Of a stretch of DNA of 64,000 bases, positions 1-10,440 are shown piece by piece. Within the stretch, counting starts at the first letter, position 1. Every line of letters starts with the position of its first letter. This DNA comes from Candidatus Poribacteria bacterium. GTDB taxonomy: Bacteria > Poribacteria > WGA-4E > PCPOR2b. Location of the stretch: assembly GCA_965208675.1 (NCBI GenBank), contig OZ242351.1, positions 992,001 to 1,056,000 on the forward strand, given 5' to 3'. The notes under the pieces were generated by a model. That model did not search any database and was not told the origin of the DNA. It saw only the letters and a list, made by a program, of their open reading frames with translations. Position numbers and translations under genes: made by a program.

Positions 1-1
1 T

Positions 2-1198
2 CTCCTTCCTCGTGACGAGTGGGTCGCCGAGCAACGGGTCTGGGACATTGAGAAGACGAAACGATACATGCATCTCGGCCTAAAGAAGATACACCCTGGG
101 TGGAACCTCAACTTACAGGGTTCCGAAGGCAGACTCATTGAGCCGCTGATTTGGTACTATGAGTTGACCGGCGACGTGCTGGCACTGAATCTCGCGGATC
201 GCTTTGCCCGCTTCCATCTTGACTATTCCACGTCACCGGATGGCGCTTTTTACGGAGGGTCGCTGGCGGGCCACAATCACTCGTACATGGGGACAATTCG
301 GGGGCTTCTCGCATATGGACGGTTTAGCGGCCAACACGAATACGTCGATGCCGTCGCCAAGACGTATCAGGTAGCTTTCCCAACCATAATCACTCCGTCT
401 GGATACTGCACACACGATCTCGACAAAGAAATGGGCGGCGACATCTCGTCAGCAGGAGACGTCGCACAGATTGCGCTTTGGCTCGGGATGTATCACGGGT
501 ACGCAGACTACCTGGACGATGTGCAACGTATTGTGGTTTCCCGTCTACTTCCGTGCCAGATTACGGAAAGCCCGCCTTTACAGCCAAAAGATACGGAACG
601 AAAGCCGCGTCAAGAGTTCCTCCCGGATGGCCGCTTAGCTTTGTTCGACTACCCGGAAAACATGGAGCACATAATTATCGGCGCGCTCGGCGGAATATAT
701 GGCCATCCGTACGGAGCCAAGTGGTCAGTCGTGGACGTAACTGCGTCGGCCTTGCACAGTCTCGTTGATGTTTACAACCACGTCGCACAGGAGACTGAAA
801 ACGAGATTCGCGTCTATTTCCACTTCGACTACGACACCGACTTCGTGAAAATCAGCAGTGAGCGTAGCGAGGACGGTCAGATGGCCACGCTCTCCATTGA
901 GCCTAAGGTCCGGAAGAACCTTTGGGTGCGCATCCCCGGCTGGGTGCCAGGTGAGTCTCTTCGTGTCACGGTCGACGGTAAAACCACAGCGACGAGGGTG
1001 AGTCAATTTTTGGTCATAAATGCGAACGACCTGCCCGGACGTGTGCAGTTGAAGTATGAACGACCATTGCTCAAGAGCGTGGAGTGCGTTGACGGAACTG
1101 ATTATGAACTCTCCTGGCGGGGCGATGAAGTCGTCGGTATTTGCCCAAATACAGGCTTTTACCCGTTCTATACGACGACATCGGGGTGCGACGGATAG
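2..1198 (+). CDS. GH127 / beta-L-arabinofuranosidase-like glycoside hydrolase, 5'-truncated by the window edge
   Basis: Frame is open from position 2. Contains (alpha/alpha)6-type segments (YYELTGD, GHNHS) and a C-terminal beta-sandwich motif LWVRIPGW typical of GH127/DUF1680-like proteins. Confidence 0.6.
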   Translation, partial: LLPRDEWVAEQRVWDIEKTKRYMHLGLKKIHPGWNLNLQGSEGRLIEPLIWYYELTGDVLALNLADRFARFHLDYSTSPDGAFYGGSLAGHNHSYMGTIRGLLAYGRFSGQHEYVDAVAKTYQVAFPTIITPSGYCTHDLDKEMGGDISSAGDVAQIALWLGMYHGYADYLDDVQRIVVSRLLPCQITESPPLQPKDTERKPRQEFLPDGRLALFDYPENMEHIIIGALGGIYGHPYGAKWSVVDVTASALHSLVDVYNHVAQETENEIRVYFHFDYDTDFVKISSERSEDGQMATLSIEPKVRKNLWVRIPGWVPGESLRVTVDGKTTATRVSQFLVINANDLPGRVQLKYERPLLKSVECVDGTDYELSWRGDEVVGICPNTGFYPFYTTTSGCDG

Positions 1199-1493
1199 TG
1201 TGTTTCACCGAATTGAGGTCCATCAACTGTTAATATGGACTGCGCCGGAGAGGATGTTACTTTACCGCCGGTCATCTTCCGGTGCGTGAAGCTGGGGCTG
1301 ATTGGCGAATCATCTTCGGCGCGTGAGGTGCGTTTTTTATCACGCTGTCGCAAAAATGAGAATTACCCATACCGGAATTCGGTGAATAGGCAAAGGTAAC
1401 CTATCGCAAGAACTGCGTCGGGCAGTGGTGTACCTTATCCAAGAATTCTCGACTCAGGGCAGCAGAACATAGCACATCAGGAGAGAAATCATA

Positions 1494-1725
1494 ATGGCAA
1501 AAGCTAATATCGGACTCATCGGATTGGCTGTGATGGCGAAAACCCTCTTCTGAATATCGGACAAGGGCTTACGCTTAGCTACATTCTAGCGTGCACTAGC
1601 GGAGGTTACAGGGCTTAATCGAAGGACGAGTAAGAAGGTCGGACGTTTTGGGCAAAACTACAAGAACAAAGGAGGAAATCGCAAGCCGCTACTAATTTGA
1701 AATCAGGGTGTGCATTGCGATGAGT
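1494..1725 (+). pseudogene. gnd: Decayed 5' remnant of 6-phosphogluconate dehydrogenase
   Basis: AGGAG RBS, then ATG 1494 reading MAKANIGLIGLAVM, followed by frameshifted pieces ENxxLNI and DKG that match the Gnd N-terminus (IGLIGLAVMGENLxLN...KG). The 3' limit is uncertain. Confidence 0.7.
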
Positions 1726-1730
1726 GAAAT

Positions 1731-2234
1731 ATGATTTTAGAACGTTGGGTTGTATCGTTATCCAAATTTAAGAAACTTACCGTAAAAATTGCCGACCGGT
1801 TAATTGATCGAATCAATCTTGAACCGATGGAGGATGACAACGGAAATGCCGGGGTAAAAGCGGTATGGGTTGGCGAGCCCGGTAAGAATAAGATTGACAT
1901 AAACGCTAAGTCATTGCAAGGAAGCATTCAGGTTGACGGCGATCGTGCTCCAACCATTGAGTATTGGCAAAAAGGGGAAACACGCGGTTTCGCGTTAGGG
2001 TATCCAAAAAGCGTTTCCTGTGAACTTGATGAAAAGACGCTGCGAAAAATTTTAACCCCTAAAACTGCAGGAATCGCCATGGCTGCGGGTGCAGCAATTG
2101 GGTTGGCCGGCTGGCTTGCCACTGCAATCGCTAGCCGGGTGACGCTCGCTAGGCAGGAAGCGGAAATATCTTCGCCTTCGTTACCCAATTCTCAGATAGC
2201 CGGTACAGACGGTGAAGTTGAAGACGATACATAA
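1731..2234 (+). CDS. Hypothetical protein with one C-terminal hydrophobic helix and acidic tail
   Basis: 167-aa ORF with TM-like segment AGIAMAAGAAIGLAGWLATAIA. Confidence 0.6.
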   Translation: MILERWVVSLSKFKKLTVKIADRLIDRINLEPMEDDNGNAGVKAVWVGEPGKNKIDINAKSLQGSIQVDGDRAPTIEYWQKGETRGFALGYPKSVSCELDEKTLRKILTPKTAGIAMAAGAAIGLAGWLATAIASRVTLARQEAEISSPSLPNSQIAGTDGEVEDDT

Positions 2235-2312
2235 TTCACACCCCATCGGCTTAAAGTCGAGATAGCATTTCGCGCTGCGCCCAAGACGGGACGACTCGTC
2301 ACATCTAAATTC

Positions 2313-3233
2313 CTACCAATTGGGATCGTAGTCCCAATCTACTTGCTGTCTTCCGTACCGCTTGTCATTGTAAACAGTCTGATGGCAATCGAGGCACCTG
2401 TCATAGAGACTCACGCCGTGAACCTCATGTGCAAGCTGAATTTCCGGCGTGCTGTGAACGTGGCAGGTTCGGCAGGTGTATGTTCTGTAGTTTACATCGG
2501 TGTAAATGTTCATTTGGGAAGCCTCTTTCCGCACGAAGTATTTCCGCCCGTTTTTTGTGTCGGTCATCAGCCACTCACTACCCTTCGTTTTCATCGAAAT
2601 CCCCGTATCCTCAGATATAGGAATCCCGCGAATGTCAAACTCCCATTGCACATCTTCCGGAAGCCTATCCGCTTTGTCTAACTCTTTCTGCAATCCTGCA
2701 TCGAAACTGAACAACCGTGAATCCGCGGCGTGGCAGCGTACACAAGGAACGTCGTGCACCCGCGCCAAAGGAAAGAATTCGTCGTGATCGAGCTTTTCAC
2801 GGCCGTGTACGACGATTCCAAGCATTAAGATTGGGGCAAGTGCAAGATGGACGCGCAGTAGATTTCGTCTTGCCCGGTGCGACGTTAGACTCACCCCGAT
2901 TCCCGTTCCAAGGTTGAGCAAAGCTAGAATGAATGTCAGCCAAGAGTGCCACGCGAGCGGGTCAAATGCGGAGTGAATAACGACAAGGCACAGTCCAAAT
3001 GACGCCAGCCTTTGATGGAATTTCAGCCAGGTTTGCCGTTTACCCCATTGAATTAGGCGTGTTCGCAGGATGTAACAACTTGCAATCAGTATGGCAATCG
3101 CCCCAATGATACTGAGTGTATGCCGTACTTCGCCGAATCCCGATTTCCATAACCCAAAGGGTGACATTATCGACACGAACGCGACGACAACTGCTGCGGC
3201 GACTCCGTAGCCAATCTGTATAAACGGGTTCAT
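2313..3233 (-). CDS. Membrane cytochrome b-like domain fused to a tri-haem cytochrome c domain
   Basis: N-terminal TM helices with His pairs H73/H87 and H129/H143, plus three CxxCH motifs (CVRCH, CRTCH, CLDCH). Confidence 0.8.
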   Translation of the reverse strand: MNPFIQIGYGVAAAVVVAFVSIMSPFGLWKSGFGEVRHTLSIIGAIAILIASCYILRTRLIQWGKRQTWLKFHQRLASFGLCLVVIHSAFDPLAWHSWLTFILALLNLGTGIGVSLTSHRARRNLLRVHLALAPILMLGIVVHGREKLDHDEFFPLARVHDVPCVRCHAADSRLFSFDAGLQKELDKADRLPEDVQWEFDIRGIPISEDTGISMKTKGSEWLMTDTKNGRKYFVRKEASQMNIYTDVNYRTYTCRTCHVHSTPEIQLAHEVHGVSLYDRCLDCHQTVYNDKRYGRQQVDWDYDPNW

Positions 3234-3311
3234 AATGTGGGATTGCCCATTTTAACGAACGAAGAGTCAATGATGAATGGATTATCGATAATTCATTCAT
3301 TGTGTCCCGCT

Positions 3312-4259
3312 TCAATTTTCGTCAACGATTTCACCGGAGCTTGCGGGAAGCGTTAAATCCAAGAATAGGTCATCCAACCAGCTTTCGGTCTTTTGAAAAC
3401 GCAAAATCGCGGCGCCTGCCTGAATCAAATCTTTGAGCAGATTGGAAACTTCAACCTCTGTCATCTGTGAATCTATCAGAATCCGCGAGTCCGTCACCTC
3501 AAAGGACATTAAATTAGACCTGTTATGCAAGAGGGATTCTGCTTTATCAATACCCTCCAATACATCTATTTCGAGCCGATGGCTTCGTGTAATCTGACCG
3601 GCGATTTCAGCAACGTCTCCATACAGTGCAAAATTACCTTTATACAGAATTGCCAACCGGTTGCAGGTTGATGCTACATCTGCGGGCCGATTCGTACTTA
3701 AGACCACTGTTTTTCCCATTGCCCCAAGCTCAACAATTAACGCCTGCATCTCTATCTGTCCGCGCACATCTAACGCCGAGAGCGTCTCATCTAGAATCCA
3801 GATTTGCGGATCGTGCAAAAATGTCTTTGCGAGGCAAAGCCTGCGTTTTTGACCCAGAGAGAGTTGTGCGATGTTCTGTTTGCGGAGTTCACCCAAATCC
3901 ATCAGATCCATGACGTCTTTCATGCACCCAGCGCGCAACGCCCCGTCTAATTTGTAAGCGGAAGCGAAAAATTCAAGATACTCCCAAACGGAGAGGTCCG
4001 GATAGCCGTCAAAGGTTTGAGGTACATACCCGATTAACGGACGGACTCTATTCAGGTGGGCAAATGCATCATAACCCGCAATTTCGACAACGCCAGAAGT
4101 AGGTTTGACAAGCGTCGCAATAATCCTCAGCAGAATCGATTTGCCGCAGCCATTCACTCCTAGCAGCGCAAAACAATCTCCTTCGGCGAGATTCATATTG
4201 ATGTCCGTAAAAATCTGCCTTTGTTGGAATGATTTGCACAACTGTTGAACACGAATCAT
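3312..4259 (-). CDS. ABC-2 type transporter ATP-binding protein
   Basis: Walker A GVNGCGKS, signature LSLGQ, Walker B WILDE. The H-loop reads STNR rather than STH. Confidence 0.85.
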   Translation of the reverse strand: MIRVQQLCKSFQQRQIFTDINMNLAEGDCFALLGVNGCGKSILLRIIATLVKPTSGVVEIAGYDAFAHLNRVRPLIGYVPQTFDGYPDLSVWEYLEFFASAYKLDGALRAGCMKDVMDLMDLGELRKQNIAQLSLGQKRRLCLAKTFLHDPQIWILDETLSALDVRGQIEMQALIVELGAMGKTVVLSTNRPADVASTCNRLAILYKGNFALYGDVAEIAGQITRSHRLEIDVLEGIDKAESLLHNRSNLMSFEVTDSRILIDSQMTEVEVSNLLKDLIQAGAAILRFQKTESWLDDLFLDLTLPASSGEIVDEN

Positions 4260-4349
4260 GATTTGTCCATCTTAGAGACTATGGCAAAGGGAATACACAC
4301 AAATTGAATTGAATTCTTCATCTACCGTGTGTTCATTCCGTTGCAAGTT

Positions 4350-5450
4350 TTAGATTCCACGGTTGGCGTTTAGGAGTTTTGTATGGATGGGCTTCCAGTC
4401 ACTGCGTCGATTACCGATGAGGATTAATCTATCTGTCGGTTGGATTTCAAATTCGGGAGGCGGGTTGATCCAGTGCTGGCTGCTTCGGATTATCCCAACT
4501 AAAATGACCTGCGCGCCCAATTCCATGAGAAGAGACTGTAGTTCGAGAAAGCGTAATCCAGGAATCTCGACAGGTTCAGTATACAACTCACTTCCTTCAG
4601 CCTGAGTCAGCAGTTCTGCAATGGCGTGAGAAAGCCCATGATCCCGGACCTCTTGTGCTAATACTTTGGCTGCGATGTTACGTGTGGGAATGACCGCATC
4701 ACAGTTGAACGCTCGGAAGAGTGCTAGATGTCCAATGCTGCCGCACTCAACAATGGTTCTGACTTTGGGGTTGAGGGTTTCAATGAGGGAAACAATTGAG
4801 GACGTGATGGCGTCTGCCGCATGTTCGTCGTTTCCCGGTGTAAGAATTAACGACGCATAAGCTCGCGCAACATTCGCTCTAGTCAGCGATTCGTCTTGCA
4901 ACGGAGATCCACGGACAAAATAGACATTCGGGTTGTTGAAAGGGATTTCCTCGATGTTATCCGTCAGGATTACAACAGATCTATCGGACGTTACCGAATC
5001 GGATGCAAGCTGGTCTATGATTGCGGTAACCTTCAATTCGGAGGGAAAATTCACAATGACGATATGGTCATCGACTAAATCCCGGCAATCAATGTGTCCG
5101 AATCGCCGGTTATTCTGTCCTTCGACGGCAAGGTCCACAATCTGAGTAATGACATAAGGGAATGATGCTAACCCAACAAGATATATTAGGATAATTGTAG
5201 TAATCCTCCCCCCTACAGTTGCCGCAGAGTAATCCCCGTACCCAACTGTTGTTATTGTTGTAAAAGTCGCCCAGACCGAATCCCATAGCGATAGCTGACC
5301 ACTCTCTTTACGCTCAAATAAATAAAATATCATAGAGTGTAGAATAATACAGAGCATAACTATACCGAGAACCGCTGCAATGCGTCGAATATGACGATTG
5401 AAATACGCACGGCGCAGGCGGCGGTATAATCGAAGGCTAATTGAAAACAT
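4350..5450 (-). CDS. Potassium channel with RCK (TrkA-N/C) domain
   Basis: Selectivity filter TTVGYGD between two TM helices, followed by a Rossmann-like RCK domain (VRGSP...LTRANV). Confidence 0.92.
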   Translation of the reverse strand: MFSISLRLYRRLRRAYFNRHIRRIAAVLGIVMLCIILHSMIFYLFERKESGQLSLWDSVWATFTTITTVGYGDYSAATVGGRITTIILIYLVGLASFPYVITQIVDLAVEGQNNRRFGHIDCRDLVDDHIVIVNFPSELKVTAIIDQLASDSVTSDRSVVILTDNIEEIPFNNPNVYFVRGSPLQDESLTRANVARAYASLILTPGNDEHAADAITSSIVSLIETLNPKVRTIVECGSIGHLALFRAFNCDAVIPTRNIAAKVLAQEVRDHGLSHAIAELLTQAEGSELYTEPVEIPGLRFLELQSLLMELGAQVILVGIIRSSQHWINPPPEFEIQPTDRLILIGNRRSDWKPIHTKLLNANRGI

Positions 5451-5669
5451 TGTTTCTCCTTTACACAGGAAATCAATTATTGGGTTATTCTACCATATAA
5501 GGAATCCCTATCATAACAAAAAATTGCGCCCATTGAATTTCCAGATTTCCCATGCGAGCTAGGCGACCACCATGAGCAATACGCCCCTCGCAATTTCCCT
5601 TTATATTTGAAATTAACTATAGTAAAATATACACTGCGATCGTAGAGTAATTGCAGGAATAAAGGACAT

Positions 5670-7361
5670 GTGATGCCAAAAATGACCGGTTCCAAATTTA
5701 TCGCCGAAACATTGAAGGGGTACGGCGTTACGACGATCTTCTTCGTGCCGGCGATTTTGAGAGGCGTCCTTGTTGAAGCCGAGAAGTTAGGTATAAAGCG
5801 AGTGCTCTGCCATTCCGAGAAAGCTGCGGCATACATGGCGGACGGCTACGCTCGTGCATCGTATGGACCGGGGGTCGCCATGGCGCAGTCCGTAGGTGCG
5901 GCTAATCTTGCCGCCGGGCTGCAGGATGCCTACCTCGCGTTGTCACCGGTGCTTGCCATTACCGGTCGGTTGCCGCCGTACTACCGGTACCGCCGCGCAT
6001 ACCAGGAAATCGACCATTGGCCGCTCTATGAACCAGTAACCAAGTATAACGCTTTCGTTGATGCGGTTGACCAGTTGCCTGTCATGTTGCGTCAGGCATT
6101 TCGAGAGGCGAATTCCGGCGCGCCAGGTCCGGTTCACTTGGAATTGTTGGGATTTCAGGGCGAAACGGTTGCGGACGCTGAAGCCGACTTAGAAGTGATA
6201 ATTGAGGAAGCCTTCACGCATTGTCCGCCGTTTCGCACTGAACCTGAACCGGAATTGGTGAAACAGGCGTCCGCGCTTCTCGCGCAGGCTGAACGGCCGG
6301 TCATCGTTGCCGGCGGGGGCGTTGCTGCGTCCCATGCGGGTTCAGAGATTGTCAAATTGGCAGAGATGCGTTCTATACCCGTGGCAACGTCTCTGAACGG
6401 CAAGGGGAGTATCCCGGAAAACCACCCTTTATCTGTAGGAGTCGTCGGTTCTTACTCGCGTTGGTGCGCCAACCAGATAGTCTCAGAAGCCGATCTAGTC
6501 CTTTTTGTAGGAAGCCACACGGGTGGACAGGTTTCCCATTTCTGGCAGGTACCAAAACGCGGTACCGCGGCTATTCAGATTGACATAAACCCGTCAGCCA
6601 TCGGGCGAAATTATCCGACGCAAGTGGCTATGCTTGGCGACGCCAAGGTGTCCGTACAGCGTCTCATTGAGGCCATTGCCCTAACCCCCGCACCTACCGA
6701 TGGGCGTAATACTTGGACGGCTCGAGTAATCCAATTGGTAGCACAGTGGTGAAAAGAGCTTGAGCCGCTTTTCAACTCCGAATCATCACCCATCCGACCT
6801 GAGCGGCTGTGCAAAGAAATATGTGATTTCCTTCCTTCCGATGCCGTACTAGTATCTGATACGGGGCATGCCGGCATCTGGTCAGGAACAATGATTGACC
6901 TTGAAGCACCCGGCCAGCGATATCTACGATGCGCCGGCTCCCTAGGTTGGGGTTTTCCGGCGGCTTTGGGTGCGAAATGCGCTGTCCCCGAGAGGCCTGT
7001 GATCTGCTTTACTGGTGATGGGGGTTTCTGGTACCATCTCAGCGAGTTAGAAACTGCGCTTCGCTGCGGAATTAACACGGTGACCGTGATTAACAACAAC
7101 CATTCGCTGAATCAGGACAAAGCGGGTGTAGACCGTGCATACGGCGATGCGCCCACCGGCAACCGCGAGGAGCTTTGGGTGTTTGAAAACGCGGATTTCT
7201 CGAAAATTGCGCAGTCCATGGGCGGTTTCGGGATTCGAGTGGAGCGTCCTGGAGATATCCAGTCCGCTTTGGAACAGGCATTGGCTTCAGGCAAACCATC
7301 GGTGGTGGATATATCAAGCGACATCAATGCCTTCGCACCATTGCCCTACGTTCCAGATTAA
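5670..7361 (+). pseudogene. ThDP-dependent acetolactate synthase-like enzyme interrupted by one in-frame TGA at 6750-6752
   Basis: ORFs 5670-6752 and 6891-7361 share a frame. The 46 intervening codons (KELEPLFNSESSPIRPERLCKEICDFLPSDAVLVSDTGHAGIW) are typical AHAS sequence. HSEKAAAYMADGYAR and the ThDP motif GDGG...NN are present. Confidence 0.85.
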
Positions 7362-7465
7362 TTATCCCCGCGGACCTGGCCATAAATCTCGATTATTCGT
7401 CTGTTTTTTTTGACGCGAAGAGATGAGTTCGTTACAGATTACCTCATCGTTTACCGGGTCTGAAA

Positions 7466-8731
7466 ATGTACAAAACTGAAATTCTATCGCGAATACCCTC
7501 CCAAATCCTAACCGTGCTGCAGGAGATTGGGCAACTCGCCGGGGAAACCGGCCTGTCTGCTTACGCCGTTGGCGGCATGGTCCGAGATTTCCTGCTTAAT
7601 CGTGAGAATTCGGATTTTGATGTCGCCGTGGAAGGAGATGCCATCGGCTTAGCCCAATGTCTATTTGAAAGATGGGAGGGCAAAATCCACGTGCACAGCG
7701 AATTCGGCACCGGAACGTTGACCCGCAGCGATGGGCTCAAAATTGATTTTGTCAGCGCACGACGCGAAACTTATCCGCGCCCGGGTGCGTTACCTTTGAT
7801 TAGATTCGGTACGATATTGGACGACCTCCGCCGCCGCGATTTTTCGATTAATACGCTCGCTGTTTCACTCAATCCTGCCACCTTTGGAGAACTTGTAGAC
7901 GGAACAAACGGCTTGAGAGACTTGCAAACCGGACAAATTCGCGCGCTGCACGATAGGAGTTTTATAGACGATCCAACCCGCATATTTCGGGCGATTCGGT
8001 ACGAAGGACGTTATGGTTTCCAAATCGTGGATAGCGATCAAAAACATATGCGCGATGCGATAGACAAAGGAGTTTTGGATTTAATCAGCGGCCAACGCAT
8101 TCGAAACGAAATCAGCCGCATCTTGCCGGAAGCATCCGCGCCACAAATGATTCGCCGAATGCAAGATTTTGATATCTTTCATGAAATTCACAGAGGGTGG
8201 GAACCTACGCAAGACTTCGACACACTCTACCACACTGCCTTTCAAGCCGTTGATTGGGCTGATAGGCATCTCGTAAATGATTCAGTTGATAAGGTGTCGC
8301 TGTTCTGGATGGCGTTGCTGCGTGACATATCTGTCATTGAATCAGTAAAAGACCGATTATCGTTGGAAAATCAATTGGGTAAAATTCTAATTGCAAAGGC
8401 GCGGCTGGAAAATGTGCTAGCTACGTTACCGGAGAATTCTAAGCGGAGCGAAGTTTATAAATTATTGAAATCGTTCCCGATAGAAGCATTGGCTTTTTCT
8501 ATTGCGGAACCCAATCGACCTCAATGGTGTAAGGAAAAGATTAAAGAATATTTGACAGATTTGAGGTTGACTCGTCCATTGATTAACGGATCGGATCTTA
8601 TTCGATTAAATTTGAAACCGGGGCCAAAATTTGCGGAGATGCTTTGGAATACGTTTGCAGCGCAATTAGATGGACAGATACATAGTAAACAGGAGGCTTT
8701 CCAATTTTTAGGAAGATTCAATGAGAATTGA
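7466..8731 (+). CDS. tRNA nucleotidyltransferase (CCA-adding / poly(A) polymerase family)
   Basis: Motifs AVGGMVRD, DFD, RRDFSIN and DDPTRIFRAIRY. Confidence 0.9.
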   Translation: MYKTEILSRIPSQILTVLQEIGQLAGETGLSAYAVGGMVRDFLLNRENSDFDVAVEGDAIGLAQCLFERWEGKIHVHSEFGTGTLTRSDGLKIDFVSARRETYPRPGALPLIRFGTILDDLRRRDFSINTLAVSLNPATFGELVDGTNGLRDLQTGQIRALHDRSFIDDPTRIFRAIRYEGRYGFQIVDSDQKHMRDAIDKGVLDLISGQRIRNEISRILPEASAPQMIRRMQDFDIFHEIHRGWEPTQDFDTLYHTAFQAVDWADRHLVNDSVDKVSLFWMALLRDISVIESVKDRLSLENQLGKILIAKARLENVLATLPENSKRSEVYKLLKSFPIEALAFSIAEPNRPQWCKEKIKEYLTDLRLTRPLINGSDLIRLNLKPGPKFAEMLWNTFAAQLDGQIHSKQEAFQFLGRFNEN

Positions 8732-9398
8732 TCCGGCTGAAGCAATCTTACGAGTAGTGCAATTTATTATTTTGCTCACTTTTCACGAATGGGGCCATGC
8801 GAAATCCGCGAACATGCTAGGCGATCCCACCGCGGAGGATGAGGGCCGAATGACATTCAATCCTGCGGCGCACATTGACATTATTGGGACCGTGATGCTG
8901 CCGCTGATTGGCACGCTCTTTGGTGGATTGTATTTTGGTTGGGCGAAACCCGTGCCCGTTAATCCTTACAATCTGAGAAATCCCAAACGTGATTTGATGA
9001 TAATTGCCGCCGCGGGACCGATTATGAACATTCTCTGCACAATCGTAATTTTAGGATGCCTATCACTTCTGTCCATAGCGATTGGCTTCCCTGATAACAG
9101 TTCGGCAATACAATCTCTAATCTATGAACAGCTGGAAATTTCGGCAGTTATTAGTGTATTTTTGGCTGTATTCAATATGCTCCCGATTTTCCCGCTTGAT
9201 GGATACAGCGTATTATATGGTCTATTGCCATGGAAGCAGGCCCGATCGTTTGAAAGGTCCCGCCCTTATGGCATGATGATATTAATGGGAATCATCTTTA
9301 TCCCCAGCCTATTGAGAATACCAAATCCGGTCTTTGAACTTATGAGGTTTGTTACTGCAAGCATCTTGTACCTAGTTCAAATTCTTGTCAGATTGTAA
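8721..9398 (+). CDS. Site-2 protease (M50 family)
   Basis: HEWGH zinc motif, AAAGP and FNMLPIFPLDG. Confidence 0.92.
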   Translation: MRIDPAEAILRVVQFIILLTFHEWGHAKSANMLGDPTAEDEGRMTFNPAAHIDIIGTVMLPLIGTLFGGLYFGWAKPVPVNPYNLRNPKRDLMIIAAAGPIMNILCTIVILGCLSLLSIAIGFPDNSSAIQSLIYEQLEISAVISVFLAVFNMLPIFPLDGYSVLYGLLPWKQARSFERSRPYGMMILMGIIFIPSLLRIPNPVFELMRFVTASILYLVQILVRL

Positions 9399-10402
9399 TG
9401 AGTCCGGAGGAAGCTACAAACATGCAAAAAACAAGACTAGTGAGTGGTGTCCGTCCAACCGGACTTCTGCATCTAGGGCATCTAGAAGGGATGTTGAAGA
9501 ACACTGCAAGCCTGCAAGACAAATACGAGTGTTTTCCCTTTATCGCCGATTGGCATTCACTTACCGATGTGACCGACACATCAAACCTTCCCCACTATAA
9601 ACTGCAGGCAGCAATTGATTGGTTGAGTGCGGGAATCGCCCCGGAAAAAAGCACGCTCTTCATTCAGTCCCACGTTGCGGCACATGCAGAATTATCGACG
9701 CTCCTCACCATGGTTACACCGGTGTCTTGGCTTGAGCGTTGCCCAACGTATAAAGACAAAATTCAAGACATCAATCAGCGCGAGGGACCTTCAACCGGAT
9801 TACTAGAATATCCAGTATTGATGACATCGGATGTCATCGTTTACAAAGCCGCCGTGGTGCCTGTTGGCGCGGATAATGTGGCTCACCTCGAAATCTCACG
9901 TGAAATCGTTCGCAGATTTAATCACGTCTACGGCGATGTTTTCCCCGAGCCGCAGCCGCTGTTGACGAAAACCGCGGAGTTGCCTGGGCTTGACGGCCGC
10001 AAGATGAGCAAGAGCTACGGTAATACCATTCAGCTATCCGATCCACCTGAGACCACAACGAAAAATCTTATGAAAATGGTAACAGATCCTGGCCGAGTAC
10101 GCCGCAATGACCCCGGCAATCCAGAGGTATGCCCCGTATTTGCGTATCATAAAGTTTACAATCCCGATGAGGTTCCACAAATTGACCGGGATTGCCGTTC
10201 CGCTGCGATAGGATGTGTCGATTGTAAACGTAATCTTAGCGATAATTTGATTGCTGAACTGACTCCATTCTATGAAAAACGAGCTGAATGGGCGTCAAAA
10301 CCGGAAGTGGTTCGAGAAGTTCTCGGTGATGGCGCAAATCGGGCACGCGGCGTTGCCCAAGAAACTATGGCAGAAGTCAGAGAGGCAATGAATCTAGTCT
10401 GA
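9398..10402 (+). CDS. trpS: Tryptophanyl-tRNA synthetase
   Basis: SGVRPTG-HLGH, YPVLM, VPVG and KMSKS motifs. Confidence 0.96.
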   Translation: MSPEEATNMQKTRLVSGVRPTGLLHLGHLEGMLKNTASLQDKYECFPFIADWHSLTDVTDTSNLPHYKLQAAIDWLSAGIAPEKSTLFIQSHVAAHAELSTLLTMVTPVSWLERCPTYKDKIQDINQREGPSTGLLEYPVLMTSDVIVYKAAVVPVGADNVAHLEISREIVRRFNHVYGDVFPEPQPLLTKTAELPGLDGRKMSKSYGNTIQLSDPPETTTKNLMKMVTDPGRVRRNDPGNPEVCPVFAYHKVYNPDEVPQIDRDCRSAAIGCVDCKRNLSDNLIAELTPFYEKRAEWASKPEVVREVLGDGANRARGVAQETMAEVREAMNLV

Positions 10403-10440
10403 CCGCCTTTAACAGAAATTGTTAACGCTAATGAGACCGC

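Noticed and set aside
5670-7361. Genome-wide TGA recoding (genetic code 4 or 25)
   Set aside because: TGA terminates conserved genes here at their normal ends (trpS, thrC), and no other gene has an internal TGA.
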